NCBI RefSeq assembly: GCF_018350175.1
Contig: NC_058368.1
Coordinates: 310,001 to 374,000 of the forward strand
From: Felis catus
Taxonomy: Eukaryota
Reading direction: 5' to 3'
DNA length: 64,000 bases
The first letter of the stretch is position 1; each line of letters opens with the position of its first letter. Of the stretch, positions 36,141 to 49,965 are shown in pieces. Under the pieces are notes generated by a model. That model made no database searches and was not told where the DNA came from. It saw only the letters and a list, made by a program, of their open reading frames with translations. Both the position numbers and the translations under genes were made by a program.

Positions 36141-36758
36141 TTTTATTTCCATATAGGAATTCAATTAGATAAGCATTTTTATTACAGTAAATAACAAACC
36201 TAATGTTTATTGAGAATCTAAATACACTGGGCCTGCCTTGTATAGACTATGAGACTGACATGAATGTAGTAAGTAGAACACTCAGCAGATTATAATGAAT
36301 GTTATATATATTTTTAAGTACAGGAAAGAGCTATGGAAACACAATGGAGGAAAAGTCCAGGAGGAATCTGGAAAACCGTTATGGACAACTTGACATGTAA
36401 GCTAGGCCTCAAAGTTGGGATTCTGCAATAAGAAATACTGGAAGCAGATGGAATTTTCCAGATAGTACATACCAGAGCCTGGAGGATGGGGAGGGAGTGT
36501 GTTCAAGGAAGCATGCTTTAGTGCAGGGTACAAGCCCTGAGCAGATTCAGTGGGACACATGGAGGTGTACTGAACAAGGCAGGACCTGCATCCAAGGGAG
36601 CTGGTTTGAGAATCGGTTTTGCTACTTGCCTTAGGTGAATTATTTAACACCTGATCTTCTGACTCCTCAAATGTAAAATGAATGATATAACACTCTCATC
36701 TTACCAAGTGATTGAGAAAACCAAATGCTAAGCTGTGTTTAATAGGAAGCACTGAATA

Positions 36759-36996
36759 GGGGTGCCTGGGTGGCTCAGTTGGTTAAGTGTCTGACTTCAG
36801 CTCAGGTCATGATCTCACAGTTCATGAGTTTGAGCCCCATGTTGGGCTCTGTACTGACAGCTCAGAGCCTGGAACCTGCTTTGGATTCTGTGTCTCCCTC
36901 TCTCTCTCTGCCCCTCCCCTGCATATGCTGTCTGTCTCTCTCTCTCCCTCTCTCTCTCTCTCAAAAATTAATAAACATTAAAAAAAATTTTTTAAA
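36759..36996 (+). mobile_element. Can-SINE inside a MIR
   Basis: Complete head, (CT)n and A-tail. Confidence 0.93.
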
Positions 36997-37450
36997 GAAA
37001 CACTGTACAAACTTGTACAGTGTAGATTACTTGTATAATGTAGAGCATTATACAATCATTTGTAATCTCTCTGTTGTGGGCCCTCCCAGGAGTCTGAGGA
37101 AGGCAGGGCCAGGTGGCCTTCTGAGAGTCCATTGCAACACTGGGGAGAGGAGAGAAACCACCTGGGCCGACTCAGGCTGTGAGCATTTCCAGCTGCTGCT
37201 GGGACGCTCCCATTCACTGTCATCACTCCAAACTCTGGTGCTAGCGCATGAGGCAGGGCTATGAGCAGACTATGTTATAACCTGAATTTCCACATTGGCT
37301 TAGAGTCCTCAGTAGGTAGGACACATATGGAAGTGTGCACACATATGGAAGACAGCAAAATGCTGGAAGAAATTCAGGTCAAGTGCTTTGTTTACAAATG
37401 GATTTTAAGTTTGTTTCCTCTTTTCCTTGGAACATATTTTTTAATAGAAC

Positions 37451-37656
37451 TTTTTTGTTAAGTTTATTTATTTTGAGAGAGGGAGAGAGAGAGACAGAAT
37501 GGGGTAGGTGCAGAAAGAGGGAGAAGACAATCCCAAGCAGGCTTCCCACTCAGTGTGGAACCTGACAGAGGGCTCAATCCCCCAAACTGTAAGATCATGA
37601 CCTGAGCCAAAATCAAGAGTCTGACACTTAACTGGCTGAGCCAACCAAGATGCCCC
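37451..37656 (-). mobile_element. Can-SINE
   Basis: Minus-strand body; short TSD tagaac. Confidence 0.9.
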
Positions 37657-39299
37657 TAGAACAAATTTATGTCTTAATGCTTCTAGCAAAAGATATTACT
37701 TCAGAAGAGCAAAAGTCTTTTTTTTTTTACAACTCTTCTGCATATTTAATTTGATTTGCACCAGTGGGGGTTGGGACAAGGGAAGACTGACACTCCAGAA
37801 GATTCGTGGCTTCAGTGAAGTCAATTACAGATTCAGAATTGAAACCTGGGTCTATCAAATAACTTTCTTTCCCAGTCCTTTAGCCCTTACTTGCAAGGGT
37901 TCCAGTATTGAAATATCAGTGATCTTTCTAGAAAATCAAGTAAATTGAATAATAGAAAAAAGCATAGGACTTGAAGCCAGAAGAATTGAGATCAGAGCCC
38001 TGGTTCTCCCATTCACTGGTCTGTAATTTTGATCTCCCAATTGCTAAGAAGCCCTAGTTTTCTCCTTTAAAAATGGGGATGAAAATACTTAAGGCACTGA
38101 GCTGTTGAAAATTTAATTGAGATAACATACATGAACACACAATTGATAAAATGCCTGGTCAATGATGGATACTAAGAAAACTTCAACAGCAGCAGATTTT
38201 AATTTTAAATAAGTAACCATCAAGTCTATATCCATTGCTCTCAGGGGACACAAAGGAGAAGTAACCTGTCCCCAGCTCTGGCTGAAATGGATTCTTGGCA
38301 TTCCATCAGAAAAGTCACCAACAAGGGAAAGAATTAGCCATTATTAGCCCCTCCTGATTCTTTTAGTCAGGAAACTTCTGCTCTAATCCTGCAGTTACAT
38401 GTCTATAGGCAGATGGCATTAGCCCCTGAATAGGATGCTGCATGATTACATTCAGATTTTCTGAAGTCAGAAAGTAGCAAAGTATAGTTTAAAATGCAAA
38501 TATGGAAAATACAACAACAGAACACTGAGCAGTGAGAAGCAGGAGCCACCTCTATCAGTCTTGTTCTTTATGCTTAAGGAACATATAACCTAACAAAGGA
38601 CACATAAACAGCCACAAAACAGTGAGAGGGAAATGTGTTCAACTGCAAGGTTACTGCTAACCAAGCAGAAGTTTAAATCAGTTAAAGTCTCTACCTATTA
38701 GAAGGCTTCATACTGTGAGTGGAGCTTGGATGGGCCTTCAAGAATATTGAGAACAGAGGCAAAGCAAGATAGTGAATAAACACGTCACAATGGGCAGGAT
38801 TTATTCCCCTGTTAAGGAACAAAGGGACATGTGAGATAAGCTTGCTTAGACAAGGGAGTAGGGGCCATATTACAATGAGTCTAATAGAAAGGCAAAGGAG
38901 TATATCCTTGGTACAGCAGCAGGGAATCCTCTCAAGTTCTTGGCAAGGTAGTGACTGATGAAAACTACATCTTGGGAAAACAGTGCAAGGCCTGAACCAA
39001 TATCCTTTAGGCTTCCAGCATGGTTTGGAAGAGGGGAGTGTAGATTTATTGATCTCCTTTCAGCCTATACTTTCAAACTTGTATATGAAAGATCCCTGTA
39101 GCGCAGATTTTCCATGCAAGAGCAGAAGGAAAGAGCGGTAGGGGTGTGTGTATATGAGTATGTCGGAGGTGAGAAAGGATGGAAGACAATGGTGAGATGA
39201 GGGAAAAGGTACACAGGGAATGGGGAAGGGGTTAGGGTGGGAGGGAAGGGAACATCCTCACGGCCTACATTGTCAGCCTCTGGGGGCACAATGACAGCT

Positions 39300-39690
39300 A
39301 GAGGCAGTCACCAAAGAGCCATGCTCCCCTTCAGAATGAAGAGCTATTGTCCAGCCAGGAACTTCATTTCCCAGTCCCCTTGCAGCTAGCTGGAAGCATG
39401 TGAGTGAGTCTGGGCCACCAAGAGTAGGCTGACATGAGTAGCTCATGGCACCCTCCTAAGAAATTTTCCTGGTATCTCTTCCTCCTTCCCCCATTTGGTT
39501 GTTGACACACAGGGCGAGGCCACAAGGCAGAGCCTCCCTCATCCTGGTTCCAGAACAACTGTGAGGAAATCCCCTCCCTCCCACCCTACCTCTTGCCTCC
39601 CACCCTGGACTTCACATGGGAAATCAACTTCAAGAGTGCTAAGCCATGGGAGCTTGGGGATTTAGCAAACACAGAAGCAAGGTTTTGATA
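39300..39690 (+). mobile_element. MaLR (MLT1-like) LTR remnant
   Basis: acttcatttcccagtccccttgcagctag...catgtga motif and aagccatgggagcttggggattt end. Confidence 0.55.
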
Positions 39691-42600
39691 AATCTGCTGA
39701 ATTTAAATGTGAATTTAATCAAATTCTTTGTGTCTGGGAGTTTTATGTTATTAGGTGTAGCATCAAGGCTCCTGAGAGCTCCTCAGCCTGTGCATTACAA
39801 TAAAATGTGAACTTGGAGGGCTCCAGGGTCCCAAGCACCACTGTGGGGATTGCCCAGAGTAGGCTTCCTTAAAAAAATTTTTATAATTTTCTTAAAGTCT
39901 TGTCTCTAAGACTTTTTACAAGACAGTAATCAGAGAAATTACATGGGGCAAGATTCTGAATTGCCAACCATACTTTAAAGCATTTACAGGCAAGGGAAGT
40001 CTCCTTGGATCCCTCTCTATCCAGCATTCTTCCAGAGAGAACAAATCATCCATGAATTCAAACCCTAAATTAAGCATTAAAGGTGATTATCGAGCAAGAC
40101 ACTCCCACATAGCAAAAAGTTTTCTGGGAAGTGATATGAAGAAGCAGAAAAGATCTTTTTTACCCCTTTCCACAAAAATGAATCAAGGGTTCAGATTAAT
40201 GAGAAGTCAGAAAACCATCTCCAGTCCTTTATAAAGTCATTCATGTTCATTCTCTTAAGCCAACCTTCCTACCCAGCCTTTTTCTCTCTAGCTCTTTACC
40301 AAAAATCAACATAGTAGGACATTCTTGTGGGGTGCCATCCAAAGCAAATTATTTTTGCTTGAGTTCTCTGGCAGGGAAGGAACAGGAAGAAAGCATTCTA
40401 GACATAGAGGAGTAGAATGACAGTAAATCATAGAAATGATGGAGTGTTTATAAATACTAGAAATTAATCTAAAGGAAATTAGTGTCAGTCCTAATAAGTA
40501 TCAAGAATTTTGGTTAACAGCAGCCAGCACAACACTGGTGCAAAATCAGTGTTAGTCCTGTGCATCACCTTCCTATCTTGCTTGGTTTTATGAGACTTTC
40601 AGGTGAGGGCTTATGAGGTGAAGAGACACAGGTGATGGTCTGTCAGAAATCTGTTCTCCTAAAACTTGGGTCAGGAGGATCATAGAAGCTGAACCTGGAA
40701 GATACCCTAGAGTGACTTCCCTGAGTTCATACATTTTATTAGAGGAGGAAGAGAGCCTGGACCACAGGTCTCTTGATTGGGCTTTCCAAGATGGCAAGGA
40801 ACAGGACACAGTGAAAGGGGAGGAGCCACATGAGACAATGGATAAAGACGTCTTTGGAACCAAGTACTCCTATATGCTGTGTCTCCTGCTCCTTAAACAC
40901 AGTCCTTAGTTTCTCTTTCGGCTTCCCATCTGTAAAAATGGGCATGCTAATACATATGGTGTGGAAAGGCTGAGAGGATGGGTGGGAACACAGAGAACCT
41001 GGCACACCTTGTGTATGGTGGCTGCTACCAGGAAGGGGAGGAAACATTGAGGAGGTGGCAGACAGATGCAGAGACTGCAAAGCTGGGGACCCTGAGCAAC
41101 CGATTTGATGTTCCAAACTAATTTCAGAGCTCCAAATCAATGTCCAGGTGAGTTTGTCCTGGTTTTATGTAAAAGGTTCCATCTACCATTCAAGTGAAAC
41201 TCTTGAGCCATCAGAGAAGGAAGAATTGCTTTATCCTTCACACTTCTCACATATTTCCCCCTCCTATTGAAATGAAAACGGCAGGTTCAAGATTCTTATG
41301 CAAAGTAGGAAGAGAATCAAGTCAGGCTCCACACCCTCTGCCAGCTTCTCAGGCAGAAGCAGAGTCCTGACCTTCCCCATTATCAGCCCAAAGTGACTCA
41401 ACTTTCCTCAGGTCCTCTCCACCCACTGCAGGGCAGGCCTTGAGTCAGGGTTTCAGCACAGCTGCCAATGTCCCTTATAAAGGACCTGTTATGGGGACCA
41501 CAGAAAGATGGAAAAGATGAAGACAATGTTCCCATTCCCAGATACACACACACACCAAAACTACTACCACTAAAATGTAAATAAACACTTTGGCCCTGAC
41601 TTCCTGTGGCCACACATGGAGCCACTAACGGCAGGCCCTGCCACTGTTTCCGACCCTGCTATATCGGTGTCTCATTTCTCCTTCTTGGTTTCATCCATTC
41701 GGTTCAGTGCAGCCTTCCCTGACCAGGTGCTGCGGTGAGCCCCGGAATGAGGGGAGGAACGCATGGGCCCTGCCTGCAGAGGGCTCACAGTCTTTGTAGA
41801 AAGCTTCATAGCCCCTGCGTACCACTCTGTGTGGGCATTTCCACATTCGTCCTGCACAATCACCCCATAAGTAAGTTGTCCAAATCCCCATTTTGCAGCA
41901 AAGGAAAATGAATCTTGGAGAGGCTGTCATATATCCATGGCCAGCAAGCAGCAGAGCCACATTTAGACCTAAGGTTCTGAACCTGAAGCCTGTGGCCTCC
42001 TCATTCTTCAATACTTACTCACCTCAGATGACTCAGAAGACAGATAAAAAAGGAGAGAGTCAGAAAGTTGGACTCTAAAACTGAGGTGTTGGTCAACTTA
42101 GAAACAGTTTTATCACTGTTGTCCATCTCAAGGGGGATGAGGGGATAATATACTTACCGTGTATTGGTGGCAGTTACTATGTGCCAGGCACTGTAACTTC
42201 TAAGTGCTCTCTATATGGTATCTCAGTTAATCCTTGCATGATCAGGTAAGGCAGGTATTATTGTCCCAATTTTACTTCTGGGAAGACTAAAGTTCAGAAA
42301 ACAATCAGCCTATGATCTCACAGCAAATTAGTGACAGAGTTGGGACTGAAACCCACATGTAGAGAATGCCGAAGCTAGTGGCCAGAACTGCTGCAGCGCA
42401 TTGCTCCCTCTATGGGCTTGGCGGAAGCCGAGGGGAGGGCACCACACTTCCAGAAAGTGTGCTTATGCATTGACACCTACACCTGACTGTATGGATGCAG
42501 ATAAGCAGTATACATAGCATATGACGCTGCAAAACATAATTTTAAAACATCAGCAGCCAGACCTGCCAATCCAGTCACCCCTGATAAGCAGAAACAATCA

Positions 42601-42793
42601 TACATACTGATAGTTTATCTGAATTTATTGGGGATGTTTCCTAATGCTGGCAATATGGCTGATTTAAATTGCCTAAACTCCTTAAGATTACTAAGACAGA
42701 ATAACTTTTTAATGCAAGGCTGATCTTTAAACAGAAAGCAGGGGACAGTGTAGGAAAGGGAAATTTCCAGGTGCCATAAATTAACAGGGAACT

Positions 42794-43006
42794 GGGGGCA
42801 CCTAGGTGCGCCCAGCCGGTTAAACAACCAACTCTTTGTTTCGGCCCAGGTCATGATCTCACAGCCCATGAGTTCGAGCCCTGCATCGGGCTCCCCACTG
42901 ACAGTGCGGAGCCTGCTTGGGATCTCTCCCTCTCTCTCTGCCCCTCCCCCACTCGCTCTCTCTGTCTCTCTCGAAATAAATAAATAAACTTAAATTAAAA
43001 AAAAAA
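42794..43006 (+). mobile_element. Can-SINE
   Basis: Complete; TSD aattaacagggaactg/aactaagagggaactg. Confidence 0.93.
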
Positions 43007-43369
43007 CTAAGAGGGAACTGAAAACTGGCACAGTAAGTGCGTCAGCTGATGCTGTGGTTGCCCTCAGAGAAGGTTGTCCCAGGCCCCTCGGAGCTTGAAC
43101 AGAAGACAGGACTGAATCCTCACAAGGAGAATAATAGGATGAGAACACAGCATAAACATAAATCTAGTTCCAAAATCCCTCCTCACATCAGGGGCGCGTT
43201 AGGAGAAACTCACCCATAGGCACAGGCTATTGAAAGGAAGCTTCTATACTCTAGGCACTGGATGAAAAGAAGTTTCCCTGAGAATTCACAACTTCAGCCT
43301 TCTCTTCTAGTAGAGGTGGAGCTTGAACTTGTATTACCCCAGTAGCCCCAAGCCACAATATTATAATAA

Positions 43370-44200
43370 AATTGGTTGCAAAACTGGTCTGGAAGGACTT
43401 TTACAATGAAGCCAGAAGAGATTCTCATGGAGGAAATGAGCCCCACTATTAAACAGAAGCTCATAAGCAAAACTAGCAAAACACACAAGGAAACAAAGTC
43501 AGCAAACAGAATGAACAGCAAAAGTAGCACTGTAAGTACTTGAGGTGATAGAATGGCAATATGAAAGAGAACATAAAAAGTATGCTGAACTATTTAAAAA
43601 TTTAAAAGAATGAGTCAAATTTCTGAAAAAGAAGAAGATTCTATTTAAAAATTAATGTGGGAGAGGGGGCAGCAGATATGAAAAAGTACCAAATAGAACT
43701 CTCAGAAATAAAAAACAAATAGAATTTATTTATTTATTTATTTATTTGGAGAAAGAGTGAGAGCGTGAGTGGGGGAGGGGGCAAGAGGAGACAGAGAATC
43801 CTGAGTAGGATCATTGAGTAGGGATCAATGCTAAAATCCTGGGATCATGACCTGAGCCAAAATCAAAAGTCGGACACTCAACTGACTGAGTCACCCAGGC
43901 ACCCCAAAAAACATATAGTATTTTAATTAGAAGTTTAATGAACCAGTTAAATAAAAGACACAGTTAAATAAACAGACACAGCTAAAGAGAGATTTAGTAG
44001 AATTGAAAGACATCTGAGGAAACTACACAGAATGCTACAACAGAGAGAAATAAAAAGATCAAAAATTTGCCAATAAATTTAGAGATATAGAAACTAAAAC
44101 GAGAAAGTCCATTACACTAACAAGCATTGCAGAAGGAGAAAATAGGCAAAGGACCATATTCAAAGACATACTGGCAGAGAAATTCAAGTAGTTCAAGTCT
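43370..44200 (+). mobile_element. Ancient L1 ORF1-region remnant (L1M/HAL1-like)
   Basis: A-rich with L1 ORF1 motifs (aaatagaactctcagaaataaaaaa; gacacagctaaagagagatttagtagaattgaaaga). Confidence 0.55.
43725..43905 (-). mobile_element. Can-SINE
   Basis: (TTTA)n tail; TSD aaaaaacaaatagaattt/aaaaaacatatagtattt. Confidence 0.9.
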
Positions 44201-44223
44201 CAAGGAGTACAAATAGTTATAAA

Positions 44224-44258
44224 TACACACACACACACACACACACAAACACACACAC
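44224..44258. repeat. (CA)n microsatellite
   Basis: Near-pure CA run. Confidence 0.9.
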
Positions 44259-44712
44259 TGGAAAATTATGCGACAACACAGATGGACCTAGAAGGCATTA
44301 TGCTAAGTGAAGTAAGTCAGACTGAGAAAAACAAATACCATACAATTTCACTTATATATGGAATCTAAAAAAAAACAACAAATGAATAACCAAACAAAAA
44401 GTGGAATCAGACCTATAAATACAGAGAAGACAGAGGGTTGGCACAGGGGAGGGGTGGGGGGTAGAAGAAAGGGATTAAGGGGAGTGGGAGAAACAGGGTT
44501 CCAGTTCTGGAATGAATAAGCCACAGGGATGAAAGGTGCAGCACAGGAAGTGTGTCAATGGCATCAAAATAGCGTTGTCTGGTGACAGATGGCAGCTGCA
44601 CTTGTGGTGAAAACAGCATAACATACAGGATTGTCTAATCACTGTTATACACCTAAAGTTAATGTAACATTGTGTGTCAACTATACTTCAACTTAAAAAA
44701 AAAAACTTTTAA
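44259..44712 (+). mobile_element. Carnivore L1 3' fragment
   Basis: gatggacctagaaggcattatgctaagtgaagtaagtcagactgagaaa...tgtgtcaactatacttcaa. Confidence 0.88.
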
Positions 44713-44726
44713 AAACAGAATAAATC

Positions 44727-44968
44727 GGAGCACCTGGGTGGTTCAGTTGGTTAAGTGTCTGACTTTGGGTCAGGTCACATCCTCAAGGTTCTTGAGTTCA
44801 AGCCCAGCATTGGGCTCTGTGTTGACAGCTCAGAGCCTGGAGCCTGCTTCATGTTCTGTATCTTCCTCTCTCTGCCCCTCCCCCAGTCACTCTCTGTCTG
44901 TCTCTCTCTCAAAAATAAATAAACATAAATAAATAAATGAATAAATAAATAAATAAATAAATAAATAA
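44727..44968 (+). mobile_element. Can-SINE with (TAAA)n tail
   Basis: Complete body; TSD aaaaacagaataaatc/aaaaccagtataaatc. Confidence 0.92.
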
Positions 44969-45056
44969 AACCAGTATAAATCAATAGAAATCCAAAGGTT
45001 TTTAATGGACTATAAAGTGAAGAAAAGAGAAAGCACATTTCAAACTGTACTGGGCA

Positions 45057-45270
45057 GGGGCACCTGGGTGTCTCAGTTGGTTAAGCGTCCAGCTTCAGCT
45101 TGGGTCCTGATCTCACAGTTCATGGGTTTGAGCCCCATGTCAGGCTCTATGCTGACAACTATGAGCCTGGTGCCTGCTAAGGATTCTGGGTCTCCCTCTC
45201 TGCCCCTCCCCTCCTCATGCACTGTCTCTCTCTATCTCAAAAATAAGTAAACGCTAAAAATTTTTTTTTA
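45057..45270 (+). mobile_element. Can-SINE
   Basis: ggggcacctgggtgtctcagttggttaagcgtcc head. Confidence 0.92.
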
Positions 45271-48137
45271 ATTGCAATGAGCACTCTTCAAAATTGCAAT
45301 CAATTGCTTTACTGATCAAATATATGTCTGTTACCACACAATAAAGATGAATTTCCTTTTTTGTTATCAGCAGGTCATACTTTAAGTGGAGTAAAACTGG
45401 CAAGGAGTAAGGAACTTGAGTAGAGGGAAGCTCTATAAAGAAAGACGGGCATGGCGAAAAGAAGGTAGAAAAGGATGGTGGGGGAAGGTGAGGCCTCTGA
45501 GGGGCAAGTGTTAGAAGAAGGAAGCCTAAGGCATTTCTGAGCAGAGGGAGGGGCTTTCTGTGAAGGTCTTTCTGGATGTAAGGTGAGAATAAAGCAATGT
45601 GTAGGGCGAGGGAACAGAGCATGGTTTAATAAAAATAAATTACACATTTTCATTAGCATTTACCAAATCTTTATTACCGGGAAAGCGGCTTTCCTCCTTG
45701 CCAAACTTACTGTGTTCCCATTCTGATTATTAATGGTCTTTATTGCTACATGTCCATAGGGAGGGACTGGAGATATGGCTGCTGACAGTTTCTAAGACAA
45801 TTGCTCCACCGTCATCTTGCACCCCCATTTCACACTGGAGAGAGTATACCTGTTTTCACTCAAGCTTTGTTATCAGCAAAATGAACCACTATAGTTTCCC
45901 ATAGAAAGGGCATGTGGGCACAACTATTTTTCATCATAATGTCATTTCCCCTGTTTGGTCCATGAACACACAAGGGCCATGAACACACTCACATTCAAAA
46001 CTATCCACACATTCCCTCCCCCCAAGTTTTTTTCACCTTTTTTCCCCCAAAAATGCTTTCCAATTTTAAAACAACTACTTGGTTAAAAAGTGCTTTGCAC
46101 TGAAAATTAATATAGAGTAGTATTTCTGGAATAAGCTATTTAAAAGTTATACTCTAACTCACTCTCACTATTACCTCATAGGAACATAGGCATAGATGAC
46201 ATTTTGGAGTTGTTACACAATCACCCGACCAGTGCAGAGATCCTGGTTTTACCCTTTTCCAAAATCCCTAGGCAGGTCATCTATTAGAATGGCTTTAATA
46301 GCCTTTTTTGACATTTTCAAATATCAAAAATGCCCACATTTTATGACAATGGAAATACTGTACTTAAAATCAGGAGTTCAATAAAATGAATCAAAGAAAT
46401 GTTCTCATTACTCAGGCTTTGATTTTATATGTTCTATTCTAATATTGACTTTTGCTCATTTAACAAAAATAATAAGCATATATTTCAAAGCATCTAGCAT
46501 TTGTCCTATCATAAAAACAAGACTATAAATGTAATCATCCTTGTCCCCAAAATGGCCTCTATAGGGTTATTTAATCATGTTTAAGTGACTACACATAAAT
46601 GTATTCCTAATATATCACAAGGATTTCAGTAAATGAAAGCATTTCCTTCTGAAAGCAATTCACAAGTTGATAACTCCTGTCATTTTGACACACAAGTCTT
46701 TTGAGACTACACGTTACCAACCATGCCTCTTTTACATCATATATTAAGGGATGTTTAGTAGAGGCCTCTATTCTAATAGCTACATTGACAAGTGCTTCCA
46801 ACTTCCCAGACCCTGTGCTGATGTATCCCTTGGAGGTAGGAATGTTGGCCCCATTCTACAGGTGAGGAAATTAAGGTTGTGAAAGGGTCTCCTGTGCAGG
46901 AGACTCTGAGCCCCCACTGAATACCACCTCTTCATAAATCATGGCAAATACAGTTCCAATTTCTGTATGTCAATCATGTAGGGGTAGAAAGAATTTATGT
47001 ACAGCAAAACACAAAGAATCCAGAGGAGTACTTGAGGCTTTTTCCCATCTCACTGCACACTAGAGTATTTAACTGAGATGAGTATGCATAACATATCTCG
47101 CTATTTCTGTGTAATAAGTAGAGTCCCAGTGCACAGCCCAAGTGACTCTTGGGCATTTCCCTCATACACCTGAGTTCTGCATTAGTCTAGAGGATTGAAC
47201 TGAGAGCGGTGATGTGGTACCCAGCAGAACTGTTTGCATCAGAGCCTGCAGGAAGAAAATACTGAAAACAGGGGGTCGCTATTGCTTAAGTGAAGCCTAT
47301 GACAGGTGAGCCAGGAAGTGCTGCAGCCCCTATAGGAAAACCCACTGGTTCCCTTCTGTCCACTCAACAAAGGATTATAACACACCTCTTAAACTGTCTT
47401 CAACTGCAGCCCAGGACATTATTTCTACGATATCCTCCCCTGCAGGAGCATTGCATAGCAATCTGGATCAACTCAGATATCAGGATAGGCTGAACCACAA
47501 ATTAGTTTTCTATTCACTGGCCATTCCTTAGGTTTGAAGCTATTTTTGTAAAAGTTGAGATTAGAGCAATGCACAGAAGATGAGTCTCTGTTGTGGATTT
47601 AAGAGGGTAAGAATTGGAAAGGAAAGCCACTATTGGTAAATAATAAACATTATGCAAATGTTTTATCTTCCGAGCCCTCAAGAGGGGTGGAACAGGGAAG
47701 CAAAGTGTGAATGTCATCTAGAGGTGAGGTGCTGCAAGAAGCCTGACAGCGGGAAGAGGAAGGAGGGACACCTGATAAATGCCTCTGTGGTTTATGCTTA
47801 CGTGTGCACCCGGGGGTGGCTGCGGGCGTGCCCAAGAGTAGGTTCCAGAAGTCATATCTCTGTGAGTTGTTTGTTGATGTGGACTCTCCCTATGCCTAAA
47901 CCAGTGAGTTCTTAACTCTTAGGGTCACCACTTAACAATTTGGAACTACACAGATAGAGCACACTACAGTCTGTTTACAAACACTTGCCTTTGGCCACCA
48001 AAAGGCTAGGGAGGGGTGAGCAGAAGGCAGAATCCCCCAGGGCTGTCACTCTGTGGCACTTACTCCTGGCATGGAACATTGGTCCTGCCCCATGTGGTTG
48101 GTTGACAACCCTTCTGTTCTGCTACATAGCTTGTTTG

Positions 48138-48351
48138 TTTTTTTTTAATGTTTACTTATTTATTTATTTATTTTGAGAAAGAGACAGAAAACGTGAGCAG
48201 AAGAGGAAAGAGAGAGACAGAGAATTTGAAGCAGGCTCCTGTCTCTGAGCGGTCAGCCCAGAGCCTGATGTGGGGCTCAAACCCACGAACTGCAAGATCA
48301 TGACGTGAGCCAAAGTCAGACGCTTAGCTGACCGAGCCACCCAGGTGCCCC
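48138..48351 (-). mobile_element. Can-SINE
   Basis: Minus-strand body ending ccaggtgcccc. Confidence 0.92.
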
Positions 48352-48927
48352 TACAAGGTTTTAATTTTAACCCTGATCCACTGTCCCTACAGAGGGGAAG
48401 GTGGGTCCACACCAGCGCTATTCCTCTGATGTTCAGGGAGTGTCGTGAGGCTCTGCTGTCTCTCTGACTCTTGGCGGTGCATCCCCACCTGTCCTGCTCA
48501 ACCCCTCCATCCTGCATCTTATTCCTGAGAACCTTCTGCCTGCACCATATTGACGATTACTGTTCCTCCCAGGAAATCCATCCTGCCTTTGACAGCAAGT
48601 CCTGGACTCTCCTCAGCCTGACTTGATGCACTTATGTTCCTTGCATGTCAGGTGGACAAGCAGAGCTGACTGCCTTCTAAACACTTATGGCAGCCACAAA
48701 CAATCATAAGAGTTTCAGATCCACTGAGGCTATTATTATGTACATTTTGCTATCTCTTCCTGCTAGCGTATAATGGGACACTACATCTAGGTATGCTCCA
48801 GCTTCTCAAACTCAATCAGGGAGAGCCAAAGGCTTATTCTGATTTAACTTTCCACCAATTCTTGCTCTTTTCCTTATTAACCTGTTTTGTACGTTCTCAA
48901 AACAGAATTTAAGGGTACCTATTTACT

Positions 48928-49154
48928 GGGGCACCTGGGTGGCTCAGTCGTTAAGCTACCGACTCTTGGTTTTAGCTTGGGTCATGATCTCGCACGTCAT
49001 GAGCTCCAGCCCCACACTGGGCTCTATGGGGACAGCATGGATCCTGCTTGGAATTTCTCTCTCCCTCTCTCTGCCCCTCCCCAGCTCACTAGCGCGCGCT
49101 CTCTCTCTCTCAAAAGATAAGTTAAAAAAAAAAAAACATTTTAAAAAATTAAAA
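48928..49154 (+). mobile_element. Can-SINE
   Basis: Complete head, (CT)n and A-tail. Confidence 0.92.
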
Positions 49155-49806
49155 AGGATAGCTCTTTACTAATGTGTTCTAGACTTTTTCAGAGAATGAG
49201 CATCTCCCAGAATCTAGCCTTTCCTCCCTTCTAAACTTGGACATTTGCTCCTCTTTCCCCTCTCCCGTGGAATCTTCTTCCCGCATGAAAGGCCCACTGC
49301 CCTCTCTGAGACGGCAGCTTGCTCCAGGCTCAAGGGAGACCCTCTGTGCCTTCCTTGTCAGAATAGCAGCCTATGCCCTCTGACTAACCCAGCCTCAAAC
49401 TGTCCACTATCAAAACACAGTACCATGCCTATTTATTCTGAAAAAATTGCATCGCGCAAATACAGGGTTTAAGATGCTCTGCTAAGAACTGAGGAGGATA
49501 TAAAAAATCCTGACCCTCAAATAACTGACAGACTAGTTTCTTGGGCCTTGAAGGTGACATTAACTATTTCTGACAAACTCACACTCGAACTAAAGACTGA
49601 ATATGTTACCCTCCCAGAGACATTTGCTTTTTAAAAGACTTATTATGACATAGTTGACAAATGGCTTAACATTTTTTCCAGTGAGAATACTGAATTGTAG
49701 ATAATGCTAATAAGGTAAACAGAAGCCAACAAAAGGAAAATGGTTAAGCTGACAATTCTATTTCAAGTGCAAGCTTTCTATGAGTTGCATTATGAAATAA
49801 AAACAA

Positions 49807-49965
49807 TGAGCTTGAGCCCCATGTTGACTGTAGAATTTACTTAAAAAAGAAAGAAAGGGGGGTTCCTGGCTAGCTCAGTTGGAAGAGCTCATGACTCTTG
49901 ATCTCGGGGTTGTGAGTTTCAAGCTGCACATAGATCTTACCTAAGAAAAATAATAATAATCTAAA
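49807..49965 (+). mobile_element. Two tandem short Can-SINE pieces
   Basis: ttgagccccatgttgactgtagaatttactt followed by ggggggttcctggctagctcagttgg... Confidence 0.75.

Noticed and set aside
36770..37264. 164-aa ORF and the recurring 'AQLVKRLTSAQVMIS...' ORFs elsewhere
   Set aside because: Translations of Can-SINE sequence.
40712..40909. Acidic ORF LEEEESLDHRSLDW... after a possible acceptor
   Set aside because: The 5' part resembles a MIR core (cattttattagaggaggaa), there is no good donor, and no partner exons were found.
41040..41153. Strong plus-strand donor CAG|gtgagt at about 41147
   Set aside because: No matching acceptor or supported open frame upstream; isolated donor motifs are common by chance.
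45711..45834. Minus-strand exon-like segment (ctctctccag| ... |gtaagt)
   Set aside because: Stops in all three frames and no linked evidence; weaker than the candidate at 55140.
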